DNA of 64,000 nucleotides from an uncultured Mycoplasmatota bacterium (GTDB lineage Bacteria; Bacillota_I; Bacilli_A; RF39; UBA660): NCBI GenBank assembly GCA_946402735.1, contig CAMIXH010000002.1, positions 29,080 to 93,079 of the forward strand, read 5' to 3'. Shown piece by piece: positions 54,826 to 64,000 of this stretch (position 1 is its first letter; each line of letters starts with the position of its first letter). The notes under the pieces were generated by a model. It saw only the letters and a program-made list of their open reading frames with translations, ran no database searches and was not told where the DNA came from. The position numbers and the translations under genes were made by a program.

Positions 54826-55542
54826 TTATAACTCTACATTATGATAAACGTTGCTTACATCATCAAGTTCATCCAACATTTCAAGTAATTTTTCAAATTT
54901 AGCTTTGTCTTCATCACTAAGTGTTACTGTATCATTTGCAAAATATGATATTTCATCAATTTCAAATGTAATTCCAGGAAATGCACTTTCTAATGCTTTT
55001 TTAGCATTATTTAAATCAGCTACTTCAGTATAAACAACAATTGTTCCATCATCTTCTACTTCGATATCTTTAGCATCAACATCACCATTGATTAGTGCAT
55101 CCATTACTTCTTCTTCATTGTGACCTTTGATACCAACTACTCCTAAATGTTCATACATGAATGATACTGAACCTTGACCAGCTATCTTAGCTCCACATTT
55201 GTTAAATACTGTTTTAACATATGTAAGTGTTCTATTAGTATTATCAGTTAAACATTTAATAATTAATGAACTTCCGCCTTGAGCGAATGCTTCATATTCT
55301 ACAGTTTGATAATCTTCAGTAGCACCTTTCTTAACTTTATCAATATTTCTATTAATTACATCTGCTGGAACTTGTTCTTTTTTAGCTTTCTCAATAACTC
55401 TTCTTAATTCAGCATTATTTACTGGATCTGGATTTCCTTTAGCAGCTTGATATATTTCCTTTGCATAAATTGAATATAATTTTGATTTTTTGGCAGCAGT
55501 AGCAGCCATAGCTTTTGCTCTTACTTCATGAGCTCTTCCCAT
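54826..55542 (-). CDS. yebC: YebC/PmpR-family DNA-binding transcriptional regulator
   Basis: Contains MGRAHEVRAKAMA...IYAKEIY..PDP..N..LR..IEKAKK..VP...I...I and is 238 aa long. Confidence 0.9.
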   Translation of the reverse strand: MGRAHEVRAKAMAATAAKKSKLYSIYAKEIYQAAKGNPDPVNNAELRRVIEKAKKEQVPADVINRNIDKVKKGATEDYQTVEYEAFAQGGSSLIIKCLTDNTNRTLTYVKTVFNKCGAKIAGQGSVSFMYEHLGVVGIKGHNEEEVMDALINGDVDAKDIEVEDDGTIVVYTEVADLNNAKKALESAFPGITFEIDEISYFANDTVTLSDEDKAKFEKLLEMLDELDDVSNVYHNVEL

Positions 55543-55646
55543 AATAAATTCCTCCTTAATTTTTGTTTTTTATTTATTTATATAACCAATCTTTTCGGTG
55601 GATTCTCTAACATATTAAGAATTATTTTTATATCCATAATTTCACC

Positions 55647-57644
55647 CTAATCTAGATTTGATATCTCTTCTATTATTTTAGCATACTCTTTATAATTTTC
55701 AAAATCATTCTTAATATTTTTATCTAAAAAGTCTTTAGAATCAGCTTTAGCTTGAAGAAGTATTTTCATATCTTGATGTAAGTTAGACACTTTAAATTCC
55801 ATATCTCCACTTTGTTTAACACCAAATAAATCTCCTTCTCCACGCATTTCATAATCTTTTTCTGTTATATAAAATCCATCATTACTTTCAGTTAATACTT
55901 TAAGTCTTTCATTTTCTTCACTACCAATTAATACACAAGTACAATCAAAGTCATTTCTTCCAACTCTTCCTCTTAATTGGTGAAGTGTTGCAAGTCCAAA
56001 CATCTCAGCATCATATATAACCATTAGTGTTGCATTTTTAACATCTATTCCTACTTCAATAACAGTAGTAGATATTAATATGTTAGTCTTATTTTCTTTA
56101 AAGTCTTCCATTATCTTATCTTTATCAGCTTTAGATAATTTACCATGCATAATTGCACTCTTAACTTTTCCTTTAAAGTACAATTCTATATTTCTCTTAA
56201 TTTCATTTACTGTAGTTAAATCCAGTACTTCATTCTCTTCAATGATTGGACTAACAATATATACTTGGTGACCATTATCTATTTCACTTTTCATCATTTC
56301 ATATACACTAACTAATTCTTTAGGACTCTTAATTATTGTTTTAATTTCTTTTCTTCCTTTTGGTTTAGTCTTTATATATGAAATATCCATATCACCATAT
56401 ATAGTTAATGCAAATGTACGAGGTATTGGTGTAGCACTCATATAAAGAATGTCTGGTAATATTCCTTTACTCTTCAAACTAGCTCTTTGATTAACACCAA
56501 ATCTATGTTGTTCATCTGTAATAACAAGTCTTAAATCTTTAAAAGTTACATTGTCAGAAAGCAATGCATGTGTTCCGATTATTAAGTCTATTTTTCCTGC
56601 TTTTAATCTTTCAACAACTTCATCTTTTTCTTTCTTTTTCATACTTCCAACAAGAAGTTCTACTCTCATCTTAGTACTGCTTAATATATTTTTAATAGTT
56701 TCATAATGTTGATAAGCAAGTACTTCAGTTGGTGCCATTAAAGCAGTTTGATGTTTTGCTAAATAATTTATATAAGCGGCAACAATACTTACTATTGTTT
56801 TACCACTACCTACATCTCCTTCTAACATTCTATTCATTCTTCTAGAAGAAGTCATATCTTCATATATATCATTAATTGCTTTATTTTGATCTCTAGTTAA
56901 TTCAAAAGGTAAACTTCTTATAAAATCATTAACACTTTCTAAATCAACACTTCTAACATAACCTTCATTTTTCTTTTTATTGATTTCTTTCATATAATTA
57001 ATCTTAAACATAAATTCAAATAACTCTTCATATTTAAGTTTGATTAATGCTTGTTTAACATCATCTTCATTCTTAGGATTATGTATCTTATTAACCGCAT
57101 CCTTTTTACTAATAAATTTATATTGTTCATTTAAATATTCTGGAACATAATCAACAAATCTATCATAATCAGGTAATACCTCATTAATATATTTCTTTAA
57201 TTGTTTAGAAGTAAGTCCACTAGTTAAATGATAAACACTTTCAATAGAGCCGCTAACCATCTTTTCAAATTTAATATCTGATGCTACTACTGTATTTTTA
57301 TTTTTATCATATTTACCAAATACAGTAATAACACTACCAGGTGTTAAATGTGTCTTTAGAAACGCTCTATTAAATATAACAACAGCTATCATTTTTCTAT
57401 TAGATACAGCTCTAAATGTCAAAGATGACATATTAGCTCTAAATCTACGTGTTAAAGGTACACTATCTACAATACACTCTATTATTACATTTTGTTTATC
57501 TTCAGCTTCTTTAATATCATTTAATATAATAATATCGTGTCTATATGGATAGTAATTAACTAAATCATCTATATTATTTATATTTAAATTTTTTAAACAG
57601 TCTAATGTTTTTGGACCTAAACCTTTGATATCGCTTAACTTCAT
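55647..57644 (-). CDS. recG: ATP-dependent DNA helicase RecG
   Basis: Has a wedge/OB N-terminus, Walker A (GDVGSGKT), TDEQHRFG, and motif VI (LHQLRGRVGR). Confidence 0.92.
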   Translation of the reverse strand: MKLSDIKGLGPKTLDCLKNLNINNIDDLVNYYPYRHDIIILNDIKEAEDKQNVIIECIVDSVPLTRRFRANMSSLTFRAVSNRKMIAVVIFNRAFLKTHLTPGSVITVFGKYDKNKNTVVASDIKFEKMVSGSIESVYHLTSGLTSKQLKKYINEVLPDYDRFVDYVPEYLNEQYKFISKKDAVNKIHNPKNEDDVKQALIKLKYEELFEFMFKINYMKEINKKKNEGYVRSVDLESVNDFIRSLPFELTRDQNKAINDIYEDMTSSRRMNRMLEGDVGSGKTIVSIVAAYINYLAKHQTALMAPTEVLAYQHYETIKNILSSTKMRVELLVGSMKKKEKDEVVERLKAGKIDLIIGTHALLSDNVTFKDLRLVITDEQHRFGVNQRASLKSKGILPDILYMSATPIPRTFALTIYGDMDISYIKTKPKGRKEIKTIIKSPKELVSVYEMMKSEIDNGHQVYIVSPIIEENEVLDLTTVNEIKRNIELYFKGKVKSAIMHGKLSKADKDKIMEDFKENKTNILISTTVIEVGIDVKNATLMVIYDAEMFGLATLHQLRGRVGRNDFDCTCVLIGSEENERLKVLTESNDGFYITEKDYEMRGEGDLFGVKQSGDMEFKVSNLHQDMKILLQAKADSKDFLDKNIKNDFENYKEYAKIIEEISNLD

Positions 57645-57732
57645 AGTTCACCTCCAACAAAATCTACCATATTATATCATAAAACCATTTTTTTTCAAAG
57701 ATAAAAATTCTAAAAAATTTTTTAAAAAATAC

Positions 57733-57870
57733 TTGACAAAATACGCTTAAATCATTAGTATATAGAATTACCAATTCACTTTTAGGCGAATTGGTGCTAG
57801 TATCACACTAGCCAACCCCTTTTTATTCTTTTTTCCGGACTGTCCATCAGGGGGTGGCAGTCCTATTTTT
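57733..57870 (+). ncRNA. Promoter plus structured 5' leader with an intrinsic terminator (unclassified cis-regulatory RNA or small RNA)
   Basis: The promoter is TTGACA (57733-38), 17 nt, TAGTAT (57756-61). Hairpin 1 is CCAATTC/GAATTGG (57771-77 / 57788-94). The overlapping hairpin 2 is TTGG(T)GCTAGT/ACTAGCCAA (57791-57815). The terminator is GGACTG..CAGTCC (57837-42 / 57858-63) plus TATTTTT. The terminator loop AGGGGGTGG is complementary to the upstream CCAACCCCT. Confidence 0.45.
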
Positions 57871-57915
57871 GTAAATAAATGCATTTTATATATATATAAA
57901 GATTACGGAGGAAAT

Positions 57916-58221
57916 ATGCAAGCAGACTTTGATTTAGATACAGTATTATCTGTAGTATCTCGTTTCAATATAACAGATGATTATAATAATGTTATTAATC
58001 TAATAGGATTTATATCAGGTATACCAAATATATCAATGACAGATTTCTTTAAATGGTATGAACCTGCAAGAAATCATATTTTATCTTTATATCCAGGCTT
58101 AGACGATCCAGTATATGGATTTGATAGTCATTCTATCGGGATGTATGTAAAAGAAAAGAAAGAACAATTTGATGATCATTTAACAATAAGTGTATACGGA
58201 GAAAAAGTTACAAAATTATAA
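57916..58221 (+). CDS. Hypothetical protein
   Basis: 101-aa ORF with a GGAGG RBS. It is one of very few plus-strand genes. No motif recognised. Confidence 0.6.
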   Translation: MQADFDLDTVLSVVSRFNITDDYNNVINLIGFISGIPNISMTDFFKWYEPARNHILSLYPGLDDPVYGFDSHSIGMYVKEKKEQFDDHLTISVYGEKVTKL

Positions 58222-58315
58222 ATCGTGTTAATTGCAAACAATACCATAATATATTATTATATTAATAGAAAAGGAACATTCAATTTGTGTAGATTGAGTG
58301 TTACCTTATTGTTAT

Positions 58316-58348
58316 CACCTAACTTACATCAGTTAGGTGTTTTTCTTT
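58316..58348 (+). terminator. Rho-independent terminator
   Basis: CACCTAAC-ttacatca-GTTAGGTG is followed by TTTTTCTTTT. It is preceded by a second hairpin, AACATTCAAT/ATTGAGTGTT, at 58276-58303. Confidence 0.85.
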
Positions 58349-58377
58349 TATATAAAACAAACAAAAAATCATTTTTT

Positions 58378-59325
58378 CTAAAATGATTTTTTATATTTTA
58401 TACCTTGATAAGAATCTCTTCTTTTCATTTCTTTATCTATATCATTTATTATAGTAACTTTTTTAATTAACCAGTTTGGTTCAATTAAATCATCTACTTT
58501 AGGATCTCCAGTTATTCTATTAACAACTATATCTTCTCTTAAATACTCTAGTTGATCACAAACTGTATTAATATAATCTTCTCTACTCATAACTTTAAAA
58601 TGTGTTTCATTATACATTCTTTCAAGTTCAGTATCTTTTAATATAGATAATGCATGTATCTTAATACCCTGAATATCTATATTACTCAAATACTTAACAG
58701 TATCAACCATCATATCATGTGTTTCATATGGAAGACCATTTATGATATGTACTACTACATTAATATTTCTACTTCTTAACTTTTTAACCATATCTTCAAA
58801 AGATTTTAATGAATGACATCTATTAATTATTTTAGAAGTTTCATCATGTATAGTTTGTAATCCTAATTCTATAGTTAAATAAGTTCTTTTATTTAAATCG
58901 CTTAAATATTCTAAGCATTCATCACTAATCGCATCACATCTTGTTGCAATATTTAATCCTACTACACCATCTTGTTTTAATATCGGTTCATATAATTCCT
59001 TTAATCTTTTAACTGGTGCATATGTATTTGAATTAGCTTGGAAATAACCAATATATTTTGCTTTAGGCCATTTCTTTAACATCATATTTTTTATTTTCTC
59101 AAATTGAGTTACTATATCATCATGTTTATCTCCCGCATATTCAGCAGAACCACTCTTTGAACAATATATGCATCCTCCAATTCCTACAGTACCATCTTTA
59201 TTAGGACATGTAAAACCACCATCTAAAGATACTTTAAATACTTTAGAATTAAACTTATGTTTATAAAAATAATCAAGTGTATAATATCTTTTATTTGAAT
59301 CACTATATTTAAACATACAAATCAC
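58378..59325 (-). CDS. TIGR01212-family radical SAM protein (YhcC-like)
   Basis: Has FTCPNKDGTVGIGGCIYC and a TIM-barrel-sized body of about 310 aa. Confidence 0.78.
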   Translation of the reverse strand: MICMFKYSDSNKRYYTLDYFYKHKFNSKVFKVSLDGGFTCPNKDGTVGIGGCIYCSKSGSAEYAGDKHDDIVTQFEKIKNMMLKKWPKAKYIGYFQANSNTYAPVKRLKELYEPILKQDGVVGLNIATRCDAISDECLEYLSDLNKRTYLTIELGLQTIHDETSKIINRCHSLKSFEDMVKKLRSRNINVVVHIINGLPYETHDMMVDTVKYLSNIDIQGIKIHALSILKDTELERMYNETHFKVMSREDYINTVCDQLEYLREDIVVNRITGDPKVDDLIEPNWLIKKVTIINDIDKEMKRRDSYQGIKYKKSF

Positions 59326-59361
59326 AAAATAATTTTATCATAAAATAAATAAAAAAGACGA

Positions 59362-62300
59362 TTATTCGTCTTTTTTATTTTCTAAATCTTTAAAGTAATT
59401 ATATCTTTCTTTAGCATAATTAACATTTTCATCATATAGTCTTTGATATTCTTCTTCATTCTTAACTTCAAGATTTTTATATCTTAATTCTTTTTGGAAT
59501 ACTATATCATAACTATTAAAATCAGGTTCTTTAGAATCAACTGTTAATTTATCTTCTTCTGGGTTATATCTCATAAGAAGATTGTAACCAACATTCTCAA
59601 GTAGTTTTTGTTCTTCTAGTTGATTAGACATACCACCAATTATTCCTTGTTCAATACATGGACAATATGCAATGATTAGTGCTGGTCCTTTATGTTCTTT
59701 AGCTTCTTTGAATACTTTTAATGTTTGCATCATATTAGCACCCATTGATATTGAAGCTACATATACATTAGGAATAGCCATTGCTATTTTGAATAAATCT
59801 TTCTTACTTTCAAGTTTACCAGTATCAGCAAATTGAGCAATTGCTCCATTTCTAGTTGATTTAGATTTTTGACCTCCTGTATTTGAATATACTTCTGTAT
59901 CAAGAACCATTATCTTAATATTTTCATTACTATGAAGAACGTGATCTAGTCCACCATATCCAATATCATAAGCCCATCCATCCCCACCTAGAATCCATAC
60001 TGTACGAGCTGGAATATAATCAAGTAATTCTCTTATCTCATCTGGAATTAGACTGCCTTCTAACTTATCCTTAATAGCATAAGTTAAATCATCATCATCC
60101 ATATTATCTATCCATTCTTTAAATGTTGCTTTAATTTCTGGACCAACTTCATCTCTATATTTAAACATTAATTTTTTAAGTCTTTCACGAGTCTTAACAT
60201 ATGATTCATGAATACCAAATCCAAATTCAGCATTATCTTCAAATAATGAATTCATCCATGGTAACTTATATGGAGTAAGTGGTAAACTACCACCATATAT
60301 TGAAGAACATCCAGTAGCATTAGCAATAACCATATTACGTCCATATAACTCAGTTAGCAATTTAATATATGCTGCTTCTCCACATCCAGCACAAGCTCCT
60401 GAAAATTCAAAATATGGTTTTTCAAATCCAATACCTTTAACAGTAAATTTATTAAATGGTGTTTCATTCTTATGATTATCAAATAAATAATTACATACTT
60501 TTTCAAGTCTATCATTATATGTACCTGGTTCTAATGCTTTATTACCATCTTTACCTGGACATACACTCATACAAAGTCCACAGCCAGTACAGTTAGCTTC
60601 ATCTATAGCCATATAGAAGTTCTTTCCATTTTCTCCCATACTTGGTATTGTTTCAACTTTGTCAATTCTAGCATCTATTAATTCATTATCAGTCAAACTA
60701 AATGGTCTAATTGCAGCATGTGGACAAACAAATGCACATTGATTACATTCAATACAATTTCCACTACACCATTTTGGAACTAATTCACTAGTTTTACGCT
60801 TATCAGTTTTAGCAGTTCCACCTTCAAATGTACCATCTTTATAATCTAAGAAATCACTAACTTTTAGATCATTACCACGTAGTTTTAATATTTCATTTGT
60901 GAAATTCTTATCTTCTTTTTTATCTTCTATTAAAGTAAATATCTTATTGTTAATTTCTTCTAAATATTTTAGTCCCTCATCAATAGCACCTATATTATTA
61001 TTAACAACTGCGTCTCCCTTTGATGAATATGTCTTTCTAACTAAATCTTTAAATTCATTTATTTCATTTGTAGAATATCCACCAATCTTTAACATATACA
61101 TACATACTACGTTATTAATTTTTCCTTTAAGTGAATATTTCTCATTTAATTCATCTAAATTAGCAATATATACTTTAATATTTTTATCTACTATTGTTTT
61201 CTTATTTTCATAATTCATTAACTGATTCAATTCAGCATCATTTTTATTACTTGCGATTAATAATGTACCATTCTCTTTAATATCTTTTAATACATCATAT
61301 CTACCTAAATAAATATCTTTTGATACTACTATGAAATCAGGTTCAGTTAAGAAATATGGAGCATCTATTTTAGATGGTCCTACTCTTAAGTGTGATATTG
61401 TTACTCCACCACTCTTCTTAGAATCATATTCAAAATATCCTTGAACATAATTCTTTTCACCAAGAACTTTCATAAAGTTTTTACTAGCACCAACCATACC
61501 ATCTGATCCAAAACCAAATACTTTTATTTCTTGATAATCTGGTTTAATATCAATATCTTTTGGTGCTATGCTTCTATGAGTAACATCATCTAAAATACCA
61601 ATTGTAAAATTATTCTTTGGTTTACTTGCAAATAAGTTTTCAAATACACCATTTATATCTCTAAGTGGAACATCTTTACTAGATAGTCCATATCTTCCAC
61701 CATACACTTTTATATTCTTTTCTTTTAATGCTTCTAATATATCTAAATATAATGGTTCACCAGCACTACCTGCTTCTTTAGTTCTATCAAGTACACCAAC
61801 TACTCTTACTGTACTAGGTAAAACATTAAATAAGTATTTAGTACTAAATGGTCTATATAGATGTACTTCAATAACACCTACTTTTCTACCATGATGATTT
61901 AAATAATCAACTACTGTTTTAATAGTAGATGTTACACTACCCATTGCTACTATTACATGTGTTGCATCACTAGCTCCATAATAATTAAATGGTTTATAAT
62001 CTGTTAAAGCTAATTTATTTAACTTTTCCATATTAGCATTTACTATATCAGCCATTTCATCATAATATTTATTTCTAACTTCAGTATTTTGGAAATACAC
62101 ATCTCCCGTTTCAGAAGTACCACGAGTTATTTCTTTTCCTAAATTTAAAGCTCTACTCTTGAATTCTTTAATTTTATCCATATTAGCAAGTTTCATTACT
62201 TCTTCATCATTTAATAACTCTACTTTATTTAGTTCATGAGAAGTTCTAAATCCATCAAAGAAATGTACAAAAGGTAAGCTTCCATCAATAGCACTTAAAT

Positions 62301-62766
62301 GTGCGATTATAGACATATGATATGAATCTTGTACACTAGAAGATGCTAACATACAGAATCCTGTACTTCTAACAGCATATATATCTTGATGATCTCCAAA
62401 TATTGATAAAGCATGAGTTGCTAAACTTCTAGCAGCTACATGTATAACACCAGGTAACATTTCACCAGCCATTTTATACATAGTTGGTATCATTAATAAT
62501 AAACCTTGTGATGCTGTAAATGTTGTAGCTAAACTACCACCTTCTAAAGCACCATGTGTTACTGCAGCAGCACCTGCTTCACTTTGCATCTCTACTACTT
62601 TAACAGTATCATCAAATATATTTAATTTACCAGCGCTACTCCATTTATCAGTTAATGTTGCCATTGGACTAGCTGGAGTAATTGGATAAATACCACATAC
62701 TTCACTAAAAAGGTAAGCTCCTCTAGCAGCAGCTTCATTTCCATCAATTATTAAACTTTCTTTCAT
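59362..62766 (-). CDS. nifJ: Pyruvate:ferredoxin (flavodoxin) oxidoreductase
   Basis: About 1134 aa. It has two ferredoxin-type clusters (CIECNQCAFVCPHAA and CTGCGLCMSVCP) and a TPP domain (GGDGWAYDIG). The start is set to the ATG at 62766, behind AGGTGA. Confidence 0.93.
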   Translation of the reverse strand: MKESLIIDGNEAAARGAYLFSEVCGIYPITPASPMATLTDKWSSAGKLNIFDDTVKVVEMQSEAGAAAVTHGALEGGSLATTFTASQGLLLMIPTMYKMAGEMLPGVIHVAARSLATHALSIFGDHQDIYAVRSTGFCMLASSSVQDSYHMSIIAHLSAIDGSLPFVHFFDGFRTSHELNKVELLNDEEVMKLANMDKIKEFKSRALNLGKEITRGTSETGDVYFQNTEVRNKYYDEMADIVNANMEKLNKLALTDYKPFNYYGASDATHVIVAMGSVTSTIKTVVDYLNHHGRKVGVIEVHLYRPFSTKYLFNVLPSTVRVVGVLDRTKEAGSAGEPLYLDILEALKEKNIKVYGGRYGLSSKDVPLRDINGVFENLFASKPKNNFTIGILDDVTHRSIAPKDIDIKPDYQEIKVFGFGSDGMVGASKNFMKVLGEKNYVQGYFEYDSKKSGGVTISHLRVGPSKIDAPYFLTEPDFIVVSKDIYLGRYDVLKDIKENGTLLIASNKNDAELNQLMNYENKKTIVDKNIKVYIANLDELNEKYSLKGKINNVVCMYMLKIGGYSTNEINEFKDLVRKTYSSKGDAVVNNNIGAIDEGLKYLEEINNKIFTLIEDKKEDKNFTNEILKLRGNDLKVSDFLDYKDGTFEGGTAKTDKRKTSELVPKWCSGNCIECNQCAFVCPHAAIRPFSLTDNELIDARIDKVETIPSMGENGKNFYMAIDEANCTGCGLCMSVCPGKDGNKALEPGTYNDRLEKVCNYLFDNHKNETPFNKFTVKGIGFEKPYFEFSGACAGCGEAAYIKLLTELYGRNMVIANATGCSSIYGGSLPLTPYKLPWMNSLFEDNAEFGFGIHESYVKTRERLKKLMFKYRDEVGPEIKATFKEWIDNMDDDDLTYAIKDKLEGSLIPDEIRELLDYIPARTVWILGGDGWAYDIGYGGLDHVLHSNENIKIMVLDTEVYSNTGGQKSKSTRNGAIAQFADTGKLESKKDLFKIAMAIPNVYVASISMGANMMQTLKVFKEAKEHKGPALIIAYCPCIEQGIIGGMSNQLEEQKLLENVGYNLLMRYNPEEDKLTVDSKEPDFNSYDIVFQKELRYKNLEVKNEEEYQRLYDENVNYAKERYNYFKDLENKKDE

Positions 62767-62840
62767 ATCATCACCTATTATATTATAATATAAAAATTCA
62801 ATAAAAAAAAGATTGATAACAAATATCAATCCTTTTTATT

Positions 62841-64000
62841 TTAATTTGTAATCTTAATATTAAATCTATACATTGATTTAACATTCTTAGTACATTTACC
62901 ACTAGGACTAGTAGCATCATATTGAATAGTTTGTGAAACTATTGTACTACCTGCTTTTTTAGCTTTTACTACCCAAGTAAATCCAGTATTATCAACACCT
63001 GTTCTACTTTGAGCAACATAAGTACTCCATCCAGTAGCTCCATCAGCAGATTGTCTTGTATATTTTACAAGTGTTCCACATTCACTTGGTAGATTAACTC
63101 TAAATGTTTTGGTTTCTCCAACTTTCATTGTAATAGTTGATCCTTGTGCTCCTAAAGATGGAACAACTAAGTTATGTGATTTAGAGAAGCAATTGTACCA
63201 TGCATCATCTTTTGAATCTTTAGCACAGCCATATGTACCTGGAGTTGAACTTTGATGCTCATTTGGAATACCAGTATTACTATCTTTGCTTCCTCCGCCT
63301 GAATTATTATTTGAATTATTATTTGTTGCAGCAGCAGCATGTTTAATTAATAATAAGTAGTATCCTTTATAATCTTTATGACAATCTGCTCCACTAGTCA
63401 TAAATCTAGACTTTTCAGTATCCATTCTTTCTAGTTTACCATCATAACTATCTATTATTAATAAATCTTCTTGTTTTAAACTATTACCACTAGTAACACT
63501 ACTCTTAAATCCTACTACTGTTACAAAGTGTCTACTAGTTCCTGCTTTATTACCATTAACTTGTAATACTACAGGTCTACCATTTAATATTTCATTATAT
63601 ATTACATTCATAATAGTAGTCATATCTTCATCAATAAATTTAGTAAAGCTTCCACCACTAGTATAATTACCACCATTATCAGCATTGTAATTTCTTCTAT
63701 TAGTATAATATCCCCAAGAATGCATCTCAGAAAATCCTAAACATTTATCATTATATTTTGAATCAGATGCTTGATATAATTTTTTGCTTGCTATATAACT
63801 TACATAACTTGGTAAATCTGCTTTAGTCTTAGCAATTATATATTCACCATTAAGTGTTTTAATAACTTCATTTTGAGTTCCATCTCCATCAAAAGTATAT
63901 GAACCAGTTTCACCATCAACAGTACCACTCATAGTACTACCACTTGGTTTTTTAGGTCTATTTTCTTCTATCTTCTTATATACTTCATCTAATCTTTTTT
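62841..64000 (-). CDS. Secreted putative cysteine peptidase (C39-like/papain-like) with a C-terminal Ig-like domain. The N-terminus lies beyond the window.
   Basis: The frame stays open upstream of the track Met through position 64000 (..KRLDEVYKKIEENRPKKPSGST-MSGTVDG). The candidate Cys/His/Asp triad lies in DKCLGFSEMH, SRHFVTVVGF and LIIDSYDG. A Gly/Asn/Ser linker and a beta-rich C-terminal domain follow. Confidence 0.5.
   Translation of the reverse strand, partial: KRLDEVYKKIEENRPKKPSGSTMSGTVDGETGSYTFDGDGTQNEVIKTLNGEYIIAKTKADLPSYVSYIASKKLYQASDSKYNDKCLGFSEMHSWGYYTNRRNYNADNGGNYTSGGSFTKFIDEDMTTIMNVIYNEILNGRPVVLQVNGNKAGTSRHFVTVVGFKSSVTSGNSLKQEDLLIIDSYDGKLERMDTEKSRFMTSGADCHKDYKGYYLLLIKHAAAATNNNSNNNSGGGSKDSNTGIPNEHQSSTPGTYGCAKDSKDDAWYNCFSKSHNLVVPSLGAQGSTITMKVGETKTFRVNLPSECGTLVKYTRQSADGATGWSTYVAQSRTGVDNTGFTWVVKAKKAGSTIVSQTIQYDATSPSGKCTKNVKSMYRFNIKITN

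Noticed and set aside
57733-57870. The leader RNA considered as a T-box, SRP (4.5S) RNA or a known riboswitch class.
   Set aside because: The AGGGGGTGG segment superficially recalls the T-box AGGGTGG core. However, there is no specifier loop, no ACCGCG continuation and only about 100 nt of RNA. The SRP domain IV motif (GGAA tetraloop / AGCA) is absent, and I could find no purine, preQ1, SAM, fluoride, guanidine or c-di-GMP signatures. I therefore kept it as an unclassified element.
62767-62829. The N-terminal 21 aa of the 1155-aa track ORF for PFOR.
   Set aside because: The extension overlaps the terminator hairpin of the upstream gene. AGGTGA precedes the ATG at 62766, and PFOR proteins begin near this point.

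Overview
The window is a very AT-rich chromosomal segment (under about 30% GC by eye, not computed). It comes from a walled, low-GC Bacillota-type organism: FemAB, a PBP5-type carboxypeptidase, sortase and LPXTG-like substrates are all present. Long intact ORFs show the standard genetic code. About 90% of genes lie on the minus strand.

Most of the content is housekeeping:
- rubrerythrin, secE-nusG, smpB, RNase R, secG, enolase and RNase Y
- a 12-gene tRNA array, rluB, rmuC, yebC, recG and PFOR/nifJ

Four blocks stand out:
1. **Pilus module (17.5-25.5 kb).** It encodes a class B sortase, a signal-peptidase-like (SipA-type) protein and one pilin. A thioester-domain adhesin lies about 4 kb away. 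Both substrates carry non-canonical sorting motifs (ITFTG and NPPTG).
2. **NAD salvage operon (31.4-40.5 kb).** This is a 12-gene, translationally coupled operon: pncA, pncB, nudix, nadE, orf, nadD, P-loop kinase, pnuC, nadR-type, Cys-rich orf, radical SAM, nrtR. It has a textbook promoter flanked by two copies of a 19-nt palindrome-containing box. The radical SAM enzyme is start/stop-overlapped with a 130-aa protein that has a Cys-rich C-terminus. Neither has an obvious role in NAD metabolism.
3. **T4SS-type module (43.0-54.3 kb).** This is a compact Gram-positive type IV secretion module: VirD4-type coupling ATPase, a VirB4 split into two coupled ORFs, VirB3/PrgI-like and VirB6-like proteins, and a 1004-aa dual cell-wall hydrolase. 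No relaxase, integrase or replication gene is visible, and housekeeping genes flank it on both sides.
4. **Structured leader (57.73-57.87 kb).** It has a promoter, alternative hairpins and an intrinsic terminator upstream of a 101-aa orphan ORF. I could not assign it to any riboswitch class.

I found no rRNA, CRISPR array, transposase or integrase. All functional calls rest on motifs read from the translations. No database search was run.
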